Assembly: GCA_030390025.1 (NCBI GenBank)
Contig: CM059438.1
Coordinates: 57,786,001 to 57,850,000 of the forward strand
DNA: 64,000 bases
Direction: 5' to 3'
Origin: Squalus acanthias
Lineage: Eukaryota
Shown piece by piece: positions 47,580 to 59,503 of this stretch. Under the pieces are notes generated by a model. That model ran no database searches. It worked only from the letters and a program-made list of their open reading frames with translations, and had not been told where the DNA came from. The position numbers were made by a program, and so were the translations under genes. Numbering within the stretch: position 1 is the first letter of the stretch; each line of letters begins with the position of its first letter.

Positions 47580-49640
47580 ATGGCATTGGCATACCATCGA
47601 GAACAGCTAGTAGACAGCCTGACAGAAAAAGTCGGCATGTCCGCAGTAGCGGACCAACTAAAAGTCTTAGAAGACGGTAACGGGGACTATGACTACATCC
47701 TTGACAAACTCTCTGAGGATGTTCAGAAAAACAAACTTAAAATAAAGAGAGGCCGAGACAGGTTGGCTTACGGGGCACATTTGTGTGCTGCTCAGTTAAA
47801 TAGGGAGACTAAAGAGTTAAAAGATTTAGTAAGCCAGATGCGGAGAGAAAGTGAGTGGCAAGAGAACCTTTCTGCCCTCCGCAACCAGTTGCGCTGGGAG
47901 CAAAGGATTCATGACAAAATGCAGTATACACAGAAGAAACTAGATCAAATACTCGAACAGAATATTGAACTACAGGCAGAAAACACCAGACTATGTGAGG
48001 AGTTAGAGGATGCAAGGGGAGCGTTAAGGGAATTAAACCGGCGCCAAACCACTGCCTCCCCCGAAGCAGACCATGGCCCGTGCTTAGGAAAAATCCAACA
48101 GCTGCAGGCACAAATTGGCCAACAACGGGCAGTGGTGGCTGCTGTCTCCAAAATCAAACCAAAAGATCCTGGCCTTTGCTGGGACAATATAGCTGAGGAC
48201 CCCACTCCCTCTGCTCCACCTCTACCGTACAAGGATGGTGAAGCAAACAAAGCAAACAAGGCAATACCAGTGTGTGTGGTCACTCGGGCCAATGCTGCCT
48301 GTCAGACTCAGCACCAGACTGAAGAGGAGGTGGAAGGCGTCCAATCCTTCTCCTCGACCACGAGTGACAAGGGGGAAATGGTCACTACGACCATGCATAG
48401 GCCCCTTTCCACTGTTGAGGTCAGGGTACTAAAGGATGACCTAGGAATGGTGGACATGAACACCAGCCCCCTCGACTTCAGGCAGCGATAGAGGATTTTT
48501 ATAATCACCCATCCAGAACTAGAAGGGGACGACCTCAAACAGGTCCTCCTGGATGCATGTCCCTCAGGATTAAAAGAAGAAATGGACCAGGACATACTGA
48601 GTGGGGGGCACAATAGATGAGATTGAGTTAGAACTATGCCAAACACTAGGGGAGGAGGGCATTGATTTTCACCAGCTCATAGCTAACACCAAACAGGGCC
48701 CTACTGAAAGCCCGAATGCCTTTGCGCATAAACTCCATGACATTTTCCAGCGCACCAGGGGTGGTAGAGGGGACTACTTTAACTCCCCGGGCTTTAAAAC
48801 CCTTTTGTGAACGGCCTCCAACCATTGGTCCATAACGTGTTGGGCGTTTACGTCTCCAAAGACACCCCGTGGGAACAAGTACGCACCCATGCCAGAACTG
48901 CTTGTGATCAGACCCGTGCCAGTATCCCTGGGACACCTGTTAAAGCTACAGTAGCAGCCATCAAAGGCCCACTGCCTAACCCAAAGTCAGGGCCGTCCAA
49001 AACTCCCGCGCCAGGAAAAGGTGCCTCGGTGCATTGCTACATCTGCCACCGTCTAGACCACTATGCCCGTCAATGCAACAACAACCTCCCAAGGCAAGCA
49101 GACCCCGACCTGGTCAAACAGTGACTAGAGAGAATAGAGGCAGCCACAGTGGCTTTGACCATCTGACTGGGAGCCCGACCGGTTGCTGCGGCGCATCAGC
49201 AACCCGAGTCGACGGATTTGTTTCCACCTCCCCTGTGACTCCCACAGGCCTCTCAGGTGGAGGTAACTTCCCCTCTCTGATACGAAGGCGGTGGGAGACC
49301 GGTAATCCGCATTGTTGATTCTGGAGGCTGTCAACAATTAATGTTAGTCAACTCTAGCTTCTCCGCCACCATCATTCACGATCCCCACCCCGATCCTACA
49401 AAGCCCGTGCCCCAATTTTTATCGGGCTTTGATAATTCAACCCAGACAACTATACAAGGATCCCTTTCCTCGGAGCTAAAGCAGGGTGTTGTTCACAAAG
49501 GCACGTTCATGACCAGTTCCCCAGTTTGGCCGGTTAGAAAACCGGATGACTATTGACTCTCGTAAACTCAACTCAGTCACGCCTGTGTGTGCCCCGGTGG
49601 TTCGGGAGACACCCACCCTACTCTCCCAGATTCCCAGTGG
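47580..49640 (+). pseudogene. Retrovirus-like gag plus deleted protease/RT remnants
   Basis: Coiled-coil N-terminus, PSAPPLPY, MHR-like KQGPTESPNAFAHKL, knuckle CYICHRLDHYARQC, protease-like LVNSSFSATII and RT SSPVWPVRKPD; contains stops and deletions. Confidence 0.8.
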
Positions 49641-51213
49641 CAGTAATCAGTACAGAATGAGATTCAGTAGAAAACATCAGAAATTGAAAATTGGCTTATG
49701 GGAGAAAGGATAAAATAATTATGATGGAAGAAAGGAGAAAAGGAAAGATTCTGTCCCTTTTCCACTTTCAGTGGAGTGTCCCTTTTAAAAAAAGCCTGTA
49801 TGAATGTTTCAAAGCTAAAAGCTGAGGAAAACAAAAAAAAGTTTGTTTAACAAAAGATTAAGTTTCAGTCCAAGATTTAACCTTGGAGTTGCGGTTGCTA
49901 CTGTGAATTTTCCAAGGCAGTTTGATTTGTTTTGTTTAAATGTGAAAACCAAACTGTCTTTTTTGATCAGGAAAGTTTTTTTAAATTTACGTGAAGTGAT
50001 GCAATTGCTTGCGTCTGACAATATTTGCTCCGCCTTCTTAGAAACCTGCAAAGGAGTTAACCCTTTCCGCTGGCAATTGTTTTTTTTTAAATTGGTTCAC
50101 CAAACAACTTTGATCCATGTTTTCTATCTTTAATATTGTATTGGACAGTAAAGTTTCTCCAGATGTTCATGAATAAGATAGAATCTGGTATTAATGGGAA
50201 TTTTCATTCTAGCGAAAGTCAGGAAAGTGCAGTTACGAATAGTAAATTGATAGCTTTCTCTTGGAGACATTTGTGTCCTTGCCTATGTACCTTTTAAGAA
50301 AACTGCATTGATAGCCTGGCCACTACCCAAGACATCGGGACCATGCAGAGGGAGATGACCACAGATCTCCAGACGACTACAATCTTTTGATAGGATCACC
50401 TGAAAGCCCGAGAATGGCTTGTATCGGATGGCACGTGTGGCACGATATTGAGATACCGATATGAGTGTGCAAATGTGATTTGTTACGAAAGAAGCAATTA
50501 CCATCCGGAAATGCATGGTGAATTTGCACTGAAGAACGGGTCTCAGACATGCTCAGTTACTTGACAACAGTACGACATGAAATGGTTAATGTAGCTCAGG
50601 AGAGTGAGACAACTTTTAAAGCATTGACACATACTCCATCAAGAAACTATCTAATTAATGAAACAATCAGAACCTGTTAGAGGGATTGAAATTGAAGTTG
50701 AAGTGGAGAATTACATGGAATTTGGATTGGGACAATTGAGGGCTAAGGAGAAATCATGTTTAGCAAGAATTATCCACGAGATGGATACAAGTAAGAGAGA
50801 TCTGGAGAATCTTTTAAGTCCATGACTTGTTGATTAGATGTTAAACTGTAATGTCATTTGAAATGATTGTAAGACTGAAGTTAACTGTGACTGTAATAAT
50901 TGTGTTTTGCAGATAACAGAGCGTGGGAAAAACCAGTACGAATCCAATATGAGATGGTTTTGGTGGTGCCTCCTGTGTCACTACCGCAACTACCATGCTT
51001 TACTGGTCTAACAGGATCTGTCCCATCAACCAACACATTTTACTCAATATCAAAACCTATGCTCAAGTGAAACTGACAGTAAATGATACTTAAGTATGAG
51101 CTGCACAATTATGTGGCACAATTCGGGTAATACATTCCCCTGTTGTCTAAAGACATCAGTGAGCTTGTGATGCGACTGAACCCCTCCCTAAAGCACTTTT
51201 ATGTTTTGGAGCA

Positions 51214-54200
51214 AGACTCTCGCTTGTTGGAGATAGTCATTGCCTGGCACTTGTGTGGTGTGAATGTTACCTGCCACTTATCAGCCCAAGCCTGAATGTC
51301 ATCCAGGTCTTGCTGCATGCGAGCAGGGACTGCTTCATTATCTGAAGAGTTGTGAATGGCACTCAGCACTGTGCAGTCATCAGCAAGCATCCCCACTTCT
51401 GAGCTTATGATGGAGAGAAGGTCATTGATAAAGCAGCTGAAGATGGTTGGGCCTAGGACACTGCCCTGAGGAACTCCTGCAGCGATGTCCTGGGGCTGAG
51501 ATAATTGACCTCCAACAACCAGAACCATCTTCCTTTGTGCTAGGTATGAATCCAGCCAGTGGAGAGTTTTCCCTCTGATTCCCATTGACTTCAATTTTAC
51601 TAGGGCTCCTTGATGCCACACTTGGTCAAATGCTGGAATTCAGAACTTTTGTCCATGTTTGGACCAAGGCTGTAATGAGGTCTGGAGCCGCGTGATCCTG
51701 GCGGAACCCAAACTGAGCATTGGTGAGCAGGTTATTGGTGAGTAAGTGCCGCTTGATAGCACTGTTGACGACACCTTCCGTTTACTAATGATTGAGAGTA
51801 GACTGATGGGGCGATAATTGGCTGGATTGGATTTGTCCTGCTTTTTGTGGACAGGACATACCTGGGCAGTTTTCCACACTGTCGGGTAGATGCCAGTGTT
51901 GTAGCTGTACTGGAACAGCTTGGCTAGAGGCGCAGCTAGTTCTGGAGCATAAGTCTTCAGCACGAAAGCCAGGATGTTGTCAGGACCCATAGCCTTTGCT
52001 GTATCCAGTGCGCTCAGCCGTCTCTTGATATAAGCTCTTGATATACGGCTCGAGAGCGCGAGATTTCCGCGGTATTAAAAGCAGCGGGAGCGGTTGAGAT
52101 ACAAAGGACCGGTAAGTGTAAAGAAGTAAAAAGTAATCAAAGTGTCACGTCACCAAAAAGCAGGTCATTGATTGGCTGGTATTTCTGTATTTCTCGCTTT
52201 TTTCCAAACTTGGGCGTCTAAATTTAAGTGCCTTGGTGTAGATTAAAAGATATACGTGTTCCAAAGTGACGCCGTCGCAGGGGAAGAAGCTGATTGGTGA
52301 GTAATGGGTGAGTGCTTTTTTCTTCAATATTAAGTCTATTTCTTTTAAGGTAGTTCATAGTTAAGGTAGTTACAGGAGAGCGAGAATACAAGAGTTTAAA
52401 TTTGAGGTAAGAGTTTTTTAATTAAAAGTATGGCAGGGGACCTCAGTCCCGTGCGTTGCACGGCCTGCAGCATGTGGGAATTCCTAGACGCTTCTTGCAG
52501 TCAGGATGACCACATGTGCAGTAAGTACCAACGGTTTGGCCAACTTGAGATCCGGTTTTCGGAGCTCGAGCATCAGCTGGAGGCACTGCGGTGTATCCGC
52601 AAGGCTGAGAGTTATGTGGATAGCACGTTTTTAGACGTGGTCACCCCGCAGCTTAAGAAAGTGCAGTCAGAGAGGGAATGGGAGACCACCAGTCAGAAGA
52701 AGGGGGGCAGGCAGGTAGTCAGGAAAGCCCCAGAGTGCATCTCACTCAACAACAGTTTTTCTGTGTTGGAAAATGGTGAAAGTGACGGTTCCTCTGGGGA
52801 GTGCAGCCAGAGCCAAGTTCACAGCACTGTGGGTGGCTCAGCTGCACAAGGGGGGAGAAGTAAGAGTGGAAGGGCAATAGTGGTAGGAGACTCAATAGTG
52901 AGGGGTGCAGACAGGCGTTTCTGCGGCCGCAGACGTGACTCCAGGATGCCAGGGTCAAGGTTGTCACTGAATGGCTGCAGGGCATTCTGAAGGGGGAGGG
53001 CGAACAGTCAGAGGTCGTGGTTCACATTGATACCAACGACATAGGCAGAAAGAGGGATGAGGTCCTGCAACAAGAATTTAGGGAGCTAGGTAGCAGATTA
53101 AAAAGTAGGACCTCAAAGGTTGTAATCTCTGGATTACTCCCGGTGCCACGTGCTAGTGAGTATAGGAATAGGAGGATAGAGCAGCTGAATGTGTGGCTGA
53201 AGAGTTGGTGCAGGAGGGAGGGCTTTAGTTTGCTGGATCACTGGGTCTGTTTCTGGGGAAGGTGGGACCTGTACAAGTCGGACAGGTTGCACCTGAACCG
53301 GAGCGGGACCAACATCCTTGCGGGGAGGTTTGCTAATGCTGTTGGGGGGAGTTTAAACTAACTTGGCAGGGGGATGGGATACGGAGTGGAGCTATAGTAG
53401 GGGGTGATGCACAGCCAAATATAGAGGAAAAAACAAGTCAGTCTGGAAGGCAGAGCAAATATGTAACAGCACAAGGGAGTATGGCAAGGCTGGATGGCAT
53501 TTATTTTAATGCAAGGATTCTTGCGAGTAAGGCAGATGAATTGAAGGTGTTGATGAACACATGGGAGTATGATATGGTTGCTATCACAGACATGGTTGAG
53601 GGAGGGGCAGGACTGGCAGCTCAATATTCCGGGGTATAGAATCTTCAGGCGAGACAGAGGGGGGTGTAAAAGAGGAGGGGGTGTCGCAATATTAATCAAG
53701 GAGTCAATTACTGCAGTAAGGAGGGATGATATCTTAGCAGGTTCCTTAAATGAGGCCATATGGGTAGAACTTGAAAACAAAATGGGGGCAAGCACTTTGC
53801 TGGGAGTGTGCTATAGGCCCCCTAACAGTCAGGGGGAGATAGAGGAACAGATATGTAGGCAAATCTCAGAGAACTGTAGAAATAATAGGGTAATAATAGT
53901 AGGGGATTTCAACTTCCCCAATATTAACTGGGATAGTCAGAGTGTGAAAGGCTTAGAGGGTGCGGAATTCTTAAAGTGCATCCAGGAGAGCTTTTTGAGC
54001 CAGCATGTAGAAAGTCCTACAAGAGAGGGGGCGGTACTGGACCTAATTCTAGGGAATGTAGCCAGGCAAGTGGTAGAAGTGTCAGTAGGAGAACATTTTG
54101 GTGACAGTGACCATAATTCGGTGAGATTTAAGGTAGTCATGGAAAAGGACAAAGATGGACCGGAAATAAAGGTTCTAAATTGGGGGAAGGCCGATTTTAA

Positions 54201-56690
54201 TATGATAAGGCAGGATCTGGCCAAAGTGGACTGGGATCAGCTACTTGTAGGAAAATCCACATCAGAGCAGTGGGAGTCATTCAGAAAGGAAATAGAGAGA
54301 GCACAGTGCCAACATGTTCCCGTAAAGGTCAGGAGTGGGACCAACAAACCCAGGGAACCCTGGATGTCAAGGGATATACAAGAATGGATTAGGAAAAAAA
54401 GGGAGGCTTTTGGCAGATACAAAGGACTAAAAATAGTGGAAGCCCTAGAGGAGTATAGAAAGTGCAGGGGGGTACTTAAAAAAGAAATTAGGAGAGCAAA
54501 GAGGGGGCATGAAAAAACACTGGCGGGTAAAATAAAGGAAAATCCCAAGGTGTTTTATAAGTATATTAAGGGCAAGAGGATAACCAGGGAAAGAGTAGGG
54601 CCCATTAGGGACCAAAGTGGCAATCTATGTGTAGAGCCGGAAGATGTAGGTGAGGTTTTAAATGAATATTTTGCATCTGTGTTCACTATGGAGAAGGACG
54701 GTGTAGGCATAGAAATCAGGCAGGGGGATTGTGATATACTTGAACAAATTAGCATTGAGAGGGAGGAGGTACTAGCGGATTTAGCAGGCTTAAAAGTGGA
54801 TAAATCCCCAGGCCCAGATGAGATGTATCCCAGGCTGCTGTGTGAGGCAAGGGAGGAGATTGCAGGGGCTCTGACACAAATTTTCAGAACCTCTCTGGCC
54901 ACAGGGGAGGTACCACCAGAGGACTGGAGGACAGCTAACGTAGTACCATTATTCAAGAAGGGTAGTAGGGATAAACCAGTGAATCTAACATCAGTGGGAG
55001 GGAAATTATTGGAAAAAATTCTGAGGGACAGAATTAGTCTCCACTTGGAGAGGCAAGGATTAATCAAGGATAGTCAGCATGGCTTTGTCAGGGGGAGATC
55101 ATGTCTAACCAAATTGATTGAATTTTTCGAGGGGGTGTCTACGTGTGTGGATGAGGGTAGTGCAGTTGATGTAGTCTACATGGACTTCAGTAAGGCTTTT
55201 GACAAAGTCCCGCATGGAAGACTGGTCAAGAAGGTAAGAGCCCATGGGATCCAGGGCAATTTGGCACATTGGATCCAAAATTGGCTTAGTGACAGGGGGC
55301 AGAGGGTGATGGTCAAAGGTTGTTTTTGTGATTGGGAAGCCTGTGTCCAGTAGTGTACTGCAGGGATCGGTGCTGGGTCCCTTGCTGTTTGTAGTGTACA
55401 TTAATGATTTAGATATGAATGTAGGAGGTATGATCAGTAAGTTCGCAGATGACACGAAAATTGGTGGAGTGGTAAATAGCGAGGAGGGAAGCCTCAGGCT
55501 ACAGGACGATATAGACGGGTTGGTCAGATGGGCAGAACAGTGGCAAATGGAATTTAACCCTGAAAAGTGTGAAGTGATGCATTTTGGGAGGACTAACAAG
55601 GCAAGGGAATACAGAATGAATGGTAGGACCCTAGGAAGGACAGAGGATCAGAGGGACCTTGGTGTGCATGTACATAGATCCCTGAAGGCAGCAGGACAGG
55701 TAGATAAGGTGGTTAAGAAGGCATATGGGATACTTGCCTTCATTAGCCGAGGCATAGAATATAAGAGCAGCGAGGTTATGATGGAGCTGTACAAAACGCT
55801 AGTTAGGCCACAGCTGGAATACAGTGTGCAGTTCTGGTCGCCACACTATAGGAAGGATGTGATTGCATTGGAGAGGGTACAGAGGACATTCACCAGGATG
55901 TTACCTGAGCTGGAGTGCTTCAGCTGTGAAGAGAGACTGGACAGGCTGGAGTTGTTTTCCTTAGAGCAGAGAAGGCTGAGGGGGGAACTGATTGAGATGT
56001 ACAAAATTATGAGGGGCATAGATAAGGTAGATAGAAAGGAACTTTTCCCCTAAGTAGAGGGGTCAATAACTAGGGGGCATAGTTTCAAGGTAAGGGGCAG
56101 GAGGTTTAGAGGGGATTTGAGGAAAAACTTTTTCACCCAGAGGGTGGTTGGAATCGGGAACTCACTGCCTGAAAGGGTGGTAGAGGCAGGAACCCTCATA
56201 ACATTCAAGAAGCATTTAGATGAGCACTTGAAACGCCATAGCATACACGGCTACGGGCCAAGTGCTGGAAAATAGGATTAGAATAGACAGGGCTTGATGG
56301 CCGGTGCAGACACGATGGGCCGAAGGGCCTCTTTCTGTGCTGTATAACTCTATGACTCTATCACGTGGAGTGAATCGAATTGGCTGAAGACTGGCTTCTC
56401 TGATGGTGGGGACCTCAGGAGGAGGCCGATATGTATCATCCACTTGGCACGTCTGGCTGAAGATAGTTGCAAACGCTTCAGCCTTGGCCTTTGCACTCGC
56501 GTGCTGGGCTCCGCCATCATTGAGGATGGGGATATTCATGGGGCCTCCGCCTCCTGTTAGTTGTTTAATTGTCCACCACCATTCACGACTGGATGTGGCA
56601 GGACTGCAGTTGATATGATCCGTTGATTGTGGAACCGTTTAGCTCTGTCTATAGCATGCTGCTTTCGGTGTTTAGCATGCCTGTAGTCCT
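51214..56690 (-). mobile_element. Family-B LINE middle fragment (51214-52030 and 56362-56690) interrupted by a full-length CR1
   Basis: GVPQGSVLGPTIFSCFINDL, MLADD, GPDNILAFVLK; rejoins as CTTGATAT|CACGTGGAG. Confidence 0.88.
52045..56361 (+). mobile_element. Full-length CR1 LINE (5' UTR, ORF1 52430-53361, ORF2 ~53480-56276), frameshifted
   Basis: ORF1 has a Cys motif CTACSMWE, a zipper, and an SGNH esterase IVVGDSIVR...DRLHLN; ORF2 has APE and RT (FADD); tail (CTCTATGA)n. Confidence 0.95.
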
Positions 56691-56897
56691 CATCTTATTA
56701 CTGTTTGTGGGGCACTGTTGGCACAGAATGGCTGTCATGTTTAGCTATATAACAAAAGTTATTTGTGAAGTACGATGATGTAATAAGTCATGATATACAT
56801 ACAGCCCTTGACCTTCCTTTCACCATCCACATAAAAACAATGTTGATTCCCTCTCTCTGCATTGGGTTTCTCTCAAAATGTTATTAGATAGATAGTA

Positions 56898-57210
56898 AAG
56901 AAGCAAGACTTGCATTTATATAGCACCTTTCACAACCTCAGCTTTACAGCCAATTAAGTACTTTTTGAAGTGTAGTCACTGTTGTAATGTAGGAAACGTG
57001 GCATCCAATTTGCGCACAGCAAGCTCCCACAAATGGCAATGTGATAATGACCAGATAATCTGTTTTTATTATGTTGATTGAGGGATAAATATTGGCCAGG
57101 ACACCGGGGATAACTCCCCTGCTCTTTTTCGAAATAGTGTCATGGGATCTTTTACATCCACCTTAGAGAGCAAATGGGGCATCGGTTTTAACGTCTCATC
57201 TGAAAGACGT
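56898..57210 (-). mobile_element. DeuSINE-type SINE fragment
   Basis: Reverse complement of the core and tail of 25045-25335. Confidence 0.8.
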
Positions 57211-57766
57211 AACTACCTTCTTTCTTTCTTTCTAAATAGTACTTACATAATCGAAGACGGCTCTTCACACTCCCTGGTTAAAAAAATGAGAAACATGATT
57301 AGAAATCTACCTTATGAGAATTTTCATATGCTGTTGATATTTAATGTATGCTGGTACCAGTGTGCCTTCTGGTAGGAGGTTGTCATTGGAATCAACTTGA
57401 ATCATTACTCTTTTTACTACTGAGGCAGATGCTTTGGATGATACCATTAGTGGAGGTTATGCATTCAGCTAGATACTGGATGAAGCTAGAACACTATGGT
57501 AATGTAAAAATAAACGATTGCTCAATCCACTGTGGTATACCAATCTTCTGAGCAATCAGTCTGTCGTTGATGGCAGAAATTTAGCTAATTGTAAAACTGC
57601 AGTAGGATGTGAAAAAGGTTCCTTGGAAATATCATTCAAACTAAGTCTTTCTAGGACCTTTTCATACTACTTGGTGAATCATCATTTTTGTTGTTGTTGT
57701 TGAGAAACCAAGGTGAAGGGCTATAGCCCACATTCCAGGATATCACCAAGATTGAAAAGAGTGTGC

Positions 57767-57923
57767 GGGTAAGTTTCTGCAAGGGTTCTCCTGCTCATCT
57801 GCTATAATTTTGGTAGAACAGCTACAGAAACCCTGGGGAAATGACGTGAATGTAATTTTTACAGTGCCTATTCCGCCAAAGTTCTGACAGACGAACAGGA
57901 ACACCCCTATGATAATTCGCCCC
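57767..57923. mobile_element. Hairpin MITE, same family as 3994-4165
   Basis: Colinear similarity (TGCTATAATTTTGGTAGAA...GAAACCCTGGGGAAATGAC) and inverted arms. Confidence 0.55.
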
Positions 57924-58893
57924 CAGTGACTTATAAGGTAAACGGTGCAACAGCCTAGCAAGCTAGTAATATGCAATGTCACATCAGATGATTAAAACTA
58001 CCTCTTCTCACTACAGAAGCCATCTAATGCTGAGTTAGGCACATTTGGAAAGTGCAACATGGAGTTAACATTGTTGGAACAAACACTAACAACACATCTG
58101 CTCTTTTAATAATTGGCACTAAGATGCCCTAAAAATTATCACCATTTTCAAAATAGAATACTTTTTCTTTGCAGCATAATATGGATTATCATAAGATTAA
58201 AATGGATGAAAAAGCTCATTCAGCCTATCCTAGCTCCGCCATCTAAGACAATCCCCCATCATAGTAATTAGCTGTCACTTAATTGATGCCAGGGGTTTTG
58301 TCTCCATTACTGTACCTGGGATTCAATTCCTCGTGTTGATTGCTCTTTCTGTGAAGAAAATCTTGCTGACATCCATCCTAAATATGACCTTTGCTAGTCT
58401 GAACCTATGCTCCCTTATTCTACTGTCGGTTTAATTTGAAGTAATGTTCTGGATTTGCTATTCCTCTACTGTTTACTGTCTTATGCATCTCTGTGAGGGC
58501 TGCACTCACTTGTATTTTAAGGTTGAAAAGCCCGATTTTCTCCAGTCTTTCATCATAACTTAATCCTCTGATGCTAGTAATCAGTCTCATGGCTCTTCCC
58601 TGCACTATCTTTAGAACTTGAATGTCTCCTTTGTGTTTCGATGACCAGAACTGTACACAGTACTCAGTGTGTGGTCAGTGTGAATGCATGACATCCACCG
58701 ACTTATACTCCACTATTTGACGATATGATACAGCATTCTATTTGCTTTGTTGGCTGCTGCTCTGCAGTAATTGGACATTGTGAGACCCAAGTATACTAAT
58801 ACCCCTATATCCCTTTCAACTTTAGCCTTAGCTATTTTGACAACATTCATGCAGTATATTGTCCATTTTTCATCCTATGTATAATACTTTAAT

Positions 58894-59503
58894 AACAACA
58901 GAAAATGCTGGAAACACTCAGCAGGTCAGGCAGCATCGAGGAGAGAGAAACAGAGTTATCGTTTTGGGTCGAGGATCCTTCGTCAGAACTGGAAAAGGTT
59001 AGAGAAGCTCAACGTAAGCTCGAGGAACAGCTCCTCATCTTTCGATTAGGCACTTTACAGCCTTCTGGACTCAACATCAAGTTCAATAATTTCAGACTAT
59101 AATCTCGGCCCTCTATTTTTTTCCCCTTTTTTTCTCACATGGTAACTGTTGATGATTCTGCCATCGCCATTTACACCTCATCTAGAGTCATCTTTTGCTT
59201 CTTAACTTGTCCCATTACCTTCTCCTTTTGCCTTGCACCATCACCCCTTTTGTCAGTCAATCCCTCCTGCCTTCCAGCCTATCACAGTCCCTCCCTTTGT
59301 TCTTTCCTCCCCTCCTCCCTGTCCCTGCCCCTGCACTTGCTTAAAACTCTGTTACTTCTCTAACCTTTTCCAGTTCTGACGAAGGGTCCTCGACCCAAAA
59401 CGTTAACTCTGTTTCTCTCTCCTCGATGCTGCCTGACATGCTGAGTGTTTCCAGCATTTTCTGTGGTTATTTCAGATTTCCAGCATCCGCAGTATTTTGC
59501 TAT
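58894..59503 (+). mobile_element. Penelope-like element, 5'-truncated: inverted pLTR piece + GIY-YIG C-terminus + pLTR
   Basis: EAQRKLEEQLLIFRLGTLQPSGLNIKF; long inverted repeat (~58897-59008 vs ~59356-59465); 16-bp TSD TGTATAATACTTTAAT. Confidence 0.88.
59372..59408 (+). ncRNA. Minimal type I hammerhead-ribozyme-like motif, core mutated (inverted twin at 58954-58990)
   Basis: AGTT-CTGACGA-A-GGGTC/CTC/GACCC-AAAAC-GTT-AACT; the canonical GAAA reads AAAA. Confidence 0.65.

Noticed and set aside
57700..57775. Plus-strand exon ending in CGG|GTAAGT
   Set aside because: The donor-like sequence is the left end of a hairpin MITE; the acceptor is weak and the peptide is unrecognisable.
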